In this document: positions 50,201 through 54,750 of the stretch, piece by piece
Layout: every line of letters begins with the position of its first letter
Numbering within the stretch: position 1 is the stretch's first letter
Source: a virus
Length of the DNA stretch: 54,750 nt
IMG/VR virus record: IMGVR_UViG_3300022936_000001
Reading direction: 5' to 3' (one strand)
Program-made: the position numbers and the translations under genes
Notes under the pieces: generated by a model
What the model was told of the DNA's origin: nothing
What the model saw: the letters and a program-made list of their open reading frames with translations, nothing else
The model's database searches: none

Positions 50201-50537
50201 TGGTGGAAAACACGAGGTTATCCGTTACCCTGACGGCAGAATGGCATTAACACCAAATAAAGATACGTTGATTGATTTACCTAAAGGCTCACAGGTTTAT
50301 CCTGATATTGCCAGTAGCGGTATTTTAGGTAGTGGATTACCTGCGGTAGCCATGAATCGTATTGAAGGCGTTAGCGCATCGGATATGGAGCGAATCATGA
50401 ATAAAACGTTAGCGAAAATGCCTGTAAATAATCTGGTGGCTGATGCTGAAGGATTACGAGCATACAGCGAACGTCAGGGACAGCGAACGGAATATAAAAA
50501 CAGGACGGTAAGGTTTGAAGGGAGAAAAATACGGTAA
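47292..50537 (+). CDS. tail tape measure protein
   Basis: 1081 aa, long coiled-coil Q/E/K/A-rich sequence with internal hydrophobic segments (FAVSLNTGFLAISNNLPIL; ALPNIGASILVGALGAIQIGLIA). Confidence 0.85.
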   Translation: MADNGFVSVIDKNAVSEVNTLIDKLTDVEGAVKRINAMKITVPSQAKAASGDSAATVQKANAAMTEQERLSLRLSNLRKSEAIENAKLKVQISELTAAQKKQAKEVLGVMNAYQKLDAELGETRMNAKALAADMFLLEQAGETNSQQYKDLAATYSTVAARVSLLDTGLKKIDGNLGLNQRYVGDYARGWNGLGNAINQLTREAPAFAVSLNTGFLAISNNLPILSDEIANLVARNKELAASGQPTVSVLKQLATAFFSWQTALSVGVTILTLYGKEIVTWANNLFKGVKALNALADSQAILTTAREASKKSIIDEKTTIGLYLQTARDSQKSDEERAIAVKKLQNEYAFYFGKLTEGEILLGKTKDAELAVNSALEARSNSIAISEKYNNSQKSLIDINTAIAKQTKLVNTEQERQRNIRKAATAGTISAAAATDQLLDSYNRENANTAAITENIKRKNYQESVSNNLIKEAIRYKKESIGLEYQPESGQQSLDYQKLVDFQASAYELNRTRLENEAAFQKDIFENEENGYADREAAAEKYSKIITNLADIKRVETLRILALQLKQEESEINKSVSDQIVRIRNSAEKGELSQKEANASIYALTRNKNQAIGALEQQYEYDSLKAYEDYSQEMIGVAHETETALKGVWEQLSAQQRQNNIDSKQIDNLREISLLLKNVGVDTDMKGFDAIQNRMREINSDQEDAQVNELRTQKLLIQGEIDKLSAQGKAVENNEAIEKLTGQQIQLENKALEIENKRLQAVADLRKEMKSATDQFFNSVKSGFLSDLGLGSLTKFTDQVTYDFINAAGEIETKTGSTFDKMLDQAQTAGEKLKVVGLEAMSAFQEVFNFLQQNNQARFDAELTNIEREYEIRKKFAGGNADAEAELERQLADKKREIRVREAKAAKETALFNAIINTASAVVAALPNIGASILVGALGAIQIGLIASKPLPAYAEGTDNHPGGRAIVGDGGKHEVIRYPDGRMALTPNKDTLIDLPKGSQVYPDIASSGILGSGLPAVAMNRIEGVSASDMERIMNKTLAKMPVNNLVADAEGLRAYSERQGQRTEYKNRTVRFEGRKIR

Positions 50538-50543
50538 ATGAAA

Positions 50544-50577
50544 AACCCTGTAAAATTAATTACAGGGGTTTGTTTTT
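50544..50577. terminator. bidirectional terminator between the tape measure and the convergent cargo island
   Basis: CCCTGTAA / TTACAGGG stem, 6-nt loop, followed by GTTTGTTTTT. Confidence 0.7.
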
Positions 50578-51856
50578 AGTTTGACAAGGTTATTGGTTCG
50601 CCGGTGTAGAGTTTATAATGATGCTTACCCCAATCTGTATCGTAACCCAAACGGAAAGCACCATCAGTAACAATTAAAGTACCGCTAAATATTCCACCTA
50701 AATGTTTGCCATCAGTATATACTATTCTGTTGTATTGTTTGTGACTAAGTAGCTGCCCCGGCTTACTCCAATCAATTTCCTCTATAGCAGGCTCGATTAT
50801 TTCTGCCCAGATGCCGTTAATAAATACAGGCACACACGAAAGCGCATCATAAAAATAAAGAAGCCTGTTAGCGTTAGCATCGTATTTATACCTATTAAAT
50901 GCTTTAAGCGTAGCGTTATAGTCTGCGCCAGGAGAATGTATTATCATCCCCTCTTTAAACCCACGCTTCTTAGCCTCGTTTATCAAAGCGGTTTCGATTT
51001 GCTCTTTAAACGCAGACGTAAATTCTCCATTATGAGAATAATTTAACCACTCGACAGCTTTACACCATTCTTTATCTCCTGAAGAAATGCCATAACCTTT
51101 ACCGTCTTTAATATTAAACATCAATGCTCCTGATTTATAGATATACCAAACATTATCTTCCAAGACATTTTCCTTAAGCACCAAGCGTTTAAAGTCTTCG
51201 GTGGATATTTCGGTGTGACTTTCCTTAATTACAGAATAAAAACCATATTTATCGCCATTAACATGTAAATATTCTTGCCGATCTTTATTTATAAAATTGC
51301 CGCAATTAAATCTTTTGGATGCCCATTTAGAAACAATTTTATCACCTTTAACACACCACTTTTCAGGCAATTCAGTAAGCGGATGTGTAGGTTCGAATAG
51401 TAATGCTTCAGGTTGGTTTAAACCGTTAGATGTACTGGCATCACTAAAGTTTACCGTATCTCCGGCTTTTAATCCCGGTATATTTACTTTAACAACACCG
51501 TTATTACCCCAATCGACGGACGGCAGTGAATCAACATTTTCAGCTAATATTTTAAAAGCCGATTGCAATGCCTGTATATCATTCGTGTTATCATAAACCC
51601 TCGAATCCAAATTAGCAATCTCATCTTTGAGTTTTGATTTTTTAGGAAGGAATTCGGAGGCGGGTGTAATGTTTGAACCAAAAGGAATAAAGTCCTTATT
51701 TGAAGAAACCATTCCTGCTATATTAATATAAATAGGGGTCTTATAATCTATAAAAAAAGAATAATCAAATCCTGTAAGATTAAATATTCGTTTAGCCTCT
51801 TTTTTAGTTTTGATGTGTATAACATCATTCGGATTTAAATCTTTAATGTTTCTCAT
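50576..51856 (-). CDS. hypothetical protein (426 aa), largest gene of cargo island B
   Basis: Track ORF; no motif recognised. Confidence 0.7.
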   Translation of the reverse strand: MRNIKDLNPNDVIHIKTKKEAKRIFNLTGFDYSFFIDYKTPIYINIAGMVSSNKDFIPFGSNITPASEFLPKKSKLKDEIANLDSRVYDNTNDIQALQSAFKILAENVDSLPSVDWGNNGVVKVNIPGLKAGDTVNFSDASTSNGLNQPEALLFEPTHPLTELPEKWCVKGDKIVSKWASKRFNCGNFINKDRQEYLHVNGDKYGFYSVIKESHTEISTEDFKRLVLKENVLEDNVWYIYKSGALMFNIKDGKGYGISSGDKEWCKAVEWLNYSHNGEFTSAFKEQIETALINEAKKRGFKEGMIIHSPGADYNATLKAFNRYKYDANANRLLYFYDALSCVPVFINGIWAEIIEPAIEEIDWSKPGQLLSHKQYNRIVYTDGKHLGGIFSGTLIVTDGAFRLGYDTDWGKHHYKLYTGEPITLSN

Positions 51857-51860
51857 AATT

Positions 51861-52118
51861 TTAATTTATTAGGTATTCGGATAGGTTTTCGATAAACGGC
51901 ATAGTTTTGATTCCTGATAGTCTTTGGTGTTCAGCTAAACCAACGCTACCTGATGAAAAATCGCTTTTTTCATCAGCTTTTAAAACTATAGCAGTTTCGT
52001 TATCGATCATAGCTGTGTGCCAATTTACGTAAAGCACTGTGTCTGTTAAAAACTCCTGTACTTTTTTGTATTCCGCTTCGGTTTTTACTATAACGGAAAT
52101 TCCTTTAGATTTTCTCAT
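51861..52118 (-). CDS. hypothetical protein (85 aa)
   Basis: Track ORF. Confidence 0.55.
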   Translation of the reverse strand: MRKSKGISVIVKTEAEYKKVQEFLTDTVLYVNWHTAMIDNETAIVLKADEKSDFSSGSVGLAEHQRLSGIKTMPFIENLSEYLIN

Positions 52119-52130
52119 AATATTTGGTTT

Positions 52131-52307
52131 TTATTTTATTTTAACGACATAGCTATTAAAGCCGCTTGCTATATATGTGTCGTGAGTTATACTTAAACGG
52201 GTTAACTCATAATTTTCTCCGCCTCCATCATCATCTACCATAATTACCCCGCTTCCGTCTCTTAATATCTGACTTATAAATATAAGTTCGTTTGATTTTT
52301 TAGTCAT
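52131..52307 (-). CDS. hypothetical protein (58 aa; start moved to MTKKSNELIF)
   Basis: Track ORF 52131..52343 trimmed to the ATG at 52307, which removes the 34-nt overlap. Confidence 0.45.
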   Translation of the reverse strand: MTKKSNELIFISQILRDGSGVIMVDDDGGGENYELTRLSITHDTYIASGFNSYVVKIK

Positions 52308-52309
52308 AT

Positions 52310-52675
52310 TTATTTTGTTGGTGTTTGTGGAAGGGGTTTCCAATGGGTTACAAATTTAGTTAAGATAGCTGCGCCTGAATAAAAATCGCCTGCACTGTCG
52401 TAATAACACGTTAGTATTCCTCTGTCAGTATATATCAAAACGGCGGTGTCATTTTCGGGCAACCTATCATTAACCGAAATCCATACCGGCGCAGTTTCCC
52501 TCATGTGCTGCAGGTTTTCGTAATCCCATATTAGGCGTTGGAATAAATCAAATACCGTTTTTTCTATAGGTAGGTACGCGTTTAAATACTTCTGTATGGA
52601 TTTTAAATCATCCATATTCAACGGAACGACATTAGCGCGTTCCTTTTGGTGTTTAGGACTGTTATAATGTATCAT
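52310..52675 (-). CDS. DUF551-domain protein
   Basis: WISVNDRLPENDTAVLIY ... VTHWKPLPQTP matches the DUF551 signature (W..v.d.lP ... THWmPLP) as I recall it. Confidence 0.6.
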   Translation of the reverse strand: MIHYNSPKHQKERANVVPLNMDDLKSIQKYLNAYLPIEKTVFDLFQRLIWDYENLQHMRETAPVWISVNDRLPENDTAVLIYTDRGILTCYYDSAGDFYSGAAILTKFVTHWKPLPQTPTK

Positions 52676-53073
52676 ATCTCGTATAACTTGAATTCATCTT
52701 CATTCCATTGCCTGCTGTACGCTTTACCGTTTCCAAACCGCCAAAACCGAGATTCGCGTATTTTAGGTTCGGGTATCATAAGTGTGTAGCATTCGCCTTC
52801 GGGTAATTTCGTTATTTGATGTATAGTATTAGCTGAAACATAGTGACAAGTGCCATGGGCGTGAGTTTGAGTGTAAAATTCTCCTTTAGTATTATAAACC
52901 TTTTCTTCATAGCAGCCTTTCAGGATATAAGTTGTAAAGCCAAACGGATGATCGTGCGGGTCGCCTGTGTCAGGTTCCGTGAAATGATTAAACGATGCAG
53001 CAAACGGTAATCCCTGTACATGGAATTTCTCGAATGCCCGGGATAGTATTTCGTGGTGGGTGGGTAGGTTCAT
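52672..53073 (-). CDS. cupin-like metalloprotein candidate (133 aa)
   Basis: DPHDHPFGFTTYILKGCYEE and HYVSANTIHQI resemble cupin motifs 1 and 2. Confidence 0.45.
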   Translation of the reverse strand: MNLPTHHEILSRAFEKFHVQGLPFAASFNHFTEPDTGDPHDHPFGFTTYILKGCYEEKVYNTKGEFYTQTHAHGTCHYVSANTIHQITKLPEGECYTLMIPEPKIRESRFWRFGNGKAYSRQWNEDEFKLYEI

Positions 53074-53075
53074 AA

Positions 53076-53729
53076 TTATTTATTTTGTTGAGATAAAATA
53101 TATTCAGACCATTGTTCTGCCATGGCTTTTGCGATTCCGGGAAATGTTTTAGATCTCGCTTTAGACCTTTCTTCTTTAGGTAAATGCCACAATTCAGCAT
53201 ACCATTCAGGCATTGATTTACCGCTTTCAAATTTTTTTCTTGCAGGAGGGGAAACTAAATTTGTAGGTTTAAGATTCGGTAATCCTTTAATCCATAAGCA
53301 TGTTTTTTTCTCGAAAGCATCGCCAAATTGAAATGGGTTTATGATTTGGTTTGGCTTCGCTAATTCTGTTGACATTATACCTACAGGGTTCTCAATAACA
53401 ACATGATTACAATTGATATTATGAAATAACTTAAAAAAATTAATAGCGTCCTTTCTATCCTCTATTCTTTTAAGTGCTTTTTGCCCGTATTTTTCTACAT
53501 TAAACCATCTATTGCCTGTAACGGTTAAGAACGTACAGGGAGGAAACGAAATAACTAAATCCCATTCTTGTTTAAGTAATTCTGTAACATCCTGTTGTAA
53601 ATGCCATTCAGGATACCCACCACTACAGGGAAGTATATCACAACTAAATGCTTCATGTCCTAACGCTCTAAATTCTTTTGTAACAGCCTGGCTTTCTTCG
53701 CATGCAATTAATACTTTTAATACTTTCAT
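53076..53729 (-). CDS. C5-cytosine-methyltransferase-like protein lacking motif I and a TRD (217 aa)
   Basis: FPPCTFLTVTG (motif IV PC-like), VVIENPVG (motif VI ENV-like), C-terminal RSKTFPGIAKAMA (motif X-like). The N-terminus is LIACEESQAV where F-x-G-x-G would be expected. Confidence 0.5.
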   Translation of the reverse strand: MKVLKVLIACEESQAVTKEFRALGHEAFSCDILPCSGGYPEWHLQQDVTELLKQEWDLVISFPPCTFLTVTGNRWFNVEKYGQKALKRIEDRKDAINFFKLFHNINCNHVVIENPVGIMSTELAKPNQIINPFQFGDAFEKKTCLWIKGLPNLKPTNLVSPPARKKFESGKSMPEWYAELWHLPKEERSKARSKTFPGIAKAMAEQWSEYILSQQNK

Positions 53730-53814
53730 AAAATAATAAACCCTCTAAAATACCAGCGACAGTATAATAAAGGGCTATTGTTAAGTTTTTATTTACGGGT
53801 CGCTGTCCGTGCCA

Positions 53815-53822
53815 CAAACATA
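53815..53822 (-). promoter_or_regulatory. -7 promoter box (TATGTTTG on minus strand) for cargo island B
   Basis: TAnnTTTG about 85 nt upstream of ATG 53729. Confidence 0.4.
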
Positions 53823-53982
53823 CAACTTATATTTCATTATTTCACAAAAAAAATACAGACATTTAAAAAATATCTGTATTTCTAAAAACCATCTCCTAAA
53901 ATTATGAATACAATTAAAGCCTAACCCATCAGACTGAAATTACAGCTACAAACATACAAATAAATTTATTACTTTTACAACC

Positions 53983-54750
53983 ATGATACAGTTTTATTTA
54001 GATTTCATCACATCGGGTCACGGCATCAAGGAAATTGAAGAACCACAAGGGACTGACGGCGTGGCGTTCTCTATAAAACAGGATGACGGCAGGAAAGGTA
54101 GGGATACCATCAGCACCGAGGGCAGTAAATACCGGATAACCGATAAAATGGATGGTCAGCTTGATTTAATATTGCTGAATATAAAACTTAAAGGCCACCA
54201 GGCTAAAATACGTGTGAGTATCGATTACGGCGACGGCATACAGATTTTAGGATTAATGAATGTTCAGGATATAGATACGGACGGTAAAACGTTTATTGAG
54301 TTTTCGATAATCCAGGATTCGTCGGAATCTAAAATCAAGGAAACTATAGACGTGCCTGTAGATTTATTTTCTGCAACCGATTTGAAAGGCGACCCGATAA
54401 CGCCATGTCAGAAATATAAATTATTCATGCCGGCGAAACCATACGTTAGGGTATCCGAGTGGAATAATCAACCGAAACTAATACAGGCACAAGGCTCTGC
54501 GAGTTTCCCATCATTTTTCAATCCCATAAGTAATTTAGTTCAATATTCAGTACGGGAATCGCTTACATGGTTACAAGAATATTCATATAGCGTTACAGGT
54601 AACTCAAATACCTACAGCACGCCACCACAAAACTTTAAAGTAATACGTGCTGCCAGTAATCTTAAAGGCGGTAAAGCTATCCTGAAATTAAAACTAAAAA
54701 CAGTCCGAAACCCGAACGGTGTAGGCGGTACTTTAGGGGTGCGCGGCAGG
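53983..54750 (+). CDS. 5' part of the wrap-around tail structural protein (continues at 128..2014)
   Basis: ATG at 53983 (MIQFYLDFITSGHGIKEIEEPQG...), open for 256 codons to the last base of the window. Absent from the ORF track because it has no stop. Confidence 0.8.
   Translation, partial: MIQFYLDFITSGHGIKEIEEPQGTDGVAFSIKQDDGRKGRDTISTEGSKYRITDKMDGQLDLILLNIKLKGHQAKIRVSIDYGDGIQILGLMNVQDIDTDGKTFIEFSIIQDSSESKIKETIDVPVDLFSATDLKGDPITPCQKYKLFMPAKPYVRVSEWNNQPKLIQAQGSASFPSFFNPISNLVQYSVRESLTWLQEYSYSVTGNSNTYSTPPQNFKVIRAASNLKGGKAILKLKLKTVRNPNGVGGTLGVRGR
54624..54750. repeat. Terminal overlap, copy 2 (identical to 1..127)
   Basis: Base-for-base identity with 1..127. Confidence 0.97.

Noticed and set aside
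26749-53736. Further shadow ORFs: 26749..26997, 26810..27079, 27587..27787, 28999..29541, 30442..30687, 32481..32693, 33019..33222, 34763..35050, 35240..35485, 35958..36158, 37003..37296, 38039..38314, 40725..40919, 40904..41119, 42396..42701, 45112..45390, 47585..47815, 48341..48574, 49262..49591, 49856..50113, 51297..51596, 52988..53230, 53122..53331, 53512..53736, and also 2494..2676 and 22981..23166
   Set aside because: Same reasoning. Each overlaps a better-supported gene on the other strand or frame. 28999..29541 (180 aa) mirrors the Ala/Pro/Glu-rich part of the 629-aa gene, a composition that typically leaves the opposite strand open.
1-54750. Lysogeny module or prophage in a chromosome (integrase, attachment sites, CI-type repressor)
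   Set aside because: The contig closes on itself and no flanking host genes are present. I found no ORF with tyrosine- or serine-recombinase hallmarks (R..HxxR..Y, or an N-terminal catalytic Ser domain). Only small HTH/RHH proteins are present. A divergent integrase cannot be excluded without profile searches.
1-54750. CRISPR arrays, tRNA/tmRNA genes, DGR or retron reverse transcriptases
   Set aside because: I saw no regularly spaced direct repeats and no T-loop-like GGTTCGAATCC contexts outside coding sequence (one GGTTCGAAT at about 51390 is inside a gene and lacks acceptor or anticodon arms). No YxDD-containing RT-like ORF was seen. tRNAscan-SE or Infernal would be needed for certainty.

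Overview
The window is a complete, circularly closed genome of a tailed dsDNA phage. The first 127 nt are repeated exactly at the end (1..127 = 54624..54750), so the unique length is 54,623 bp, and one tail gene wraps across the contig ends. The virion type looks siphovirus-like: small and large terminase, portal, HK97-type prohead protease and major capsid protein, a major tail protein with an Ig-like C-terminus, and a 1081-aa tape measure protein. Many operons are preceded by TAnnTTTG boxes about 15-30 nt before the ATG, and no Shine-Dalgarno sequences are visible. Together with frequent Bacteroidota-style signal peptides and lipoproteins, this points to a Bacteroidota (Flavobacteriia-like) host; that is an inference.

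Modules:
- Tail, fibre and baseplate genes: 53983..54750 joined to 128..2014, then 4640..12200.
- Membrane-protein-rich lysis region ending in an M15 peptidase endolysin: 12206..15302.
- Minus-strand recombination module (RecT/Redbeta-like annealase, HNH, DUF3127-type SSB, DUF2493/SLOG, PD-(D/E)XK exonuclease, SpoT-like HD hydrolase): 15452..19854.
- Plus-strand replication and early module (SF2 helicase, HNH, DnaQ-like exonuclease, VRR-NUC, primase-helicase, many small unknown ORFs): 19958..32697.
- Packaging, head and tail module: 34824..50537.

I did not recognise a DNA polymerase, integrase, tRNA, CRISPR array or reverse transcriptase.

Most notable observations:
1. A minus-strand 4-gene cassette sits between terS and terL. 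It has two promoters, each carrying the same TTACATATATGTAA palindrome in the -33/-7 spacer, and a 58-aa HTH gene. The layout resembles an acr-aca-type anti-defence operon.
2. Three accessory ORFs are split exactly at homopolymers (C7, A7, A8). Two of the splits sit on in-frame X_XXY_YYZ heptamers, with downstream frames that lack start codons.
3. Two further minus-strand cargo islands interrupt the tail module. One carries a C5-methyltransferase-like protein that lacks motif I and a target-recognition domain.
4. Two proteins fuse a DNA-binding domain (HTH or RHH) in frame to a signal-peptide or lipoprotein module.
5. Diverged direct repeats flank a small zinc-ribbon gene, and they differ only at third codon positions.
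6. RecT, SSB and the helicase all end in SSB-tip-like acidic tails finishing in Phe.

All functional calls rest on motifs read by eye. No database search was run.
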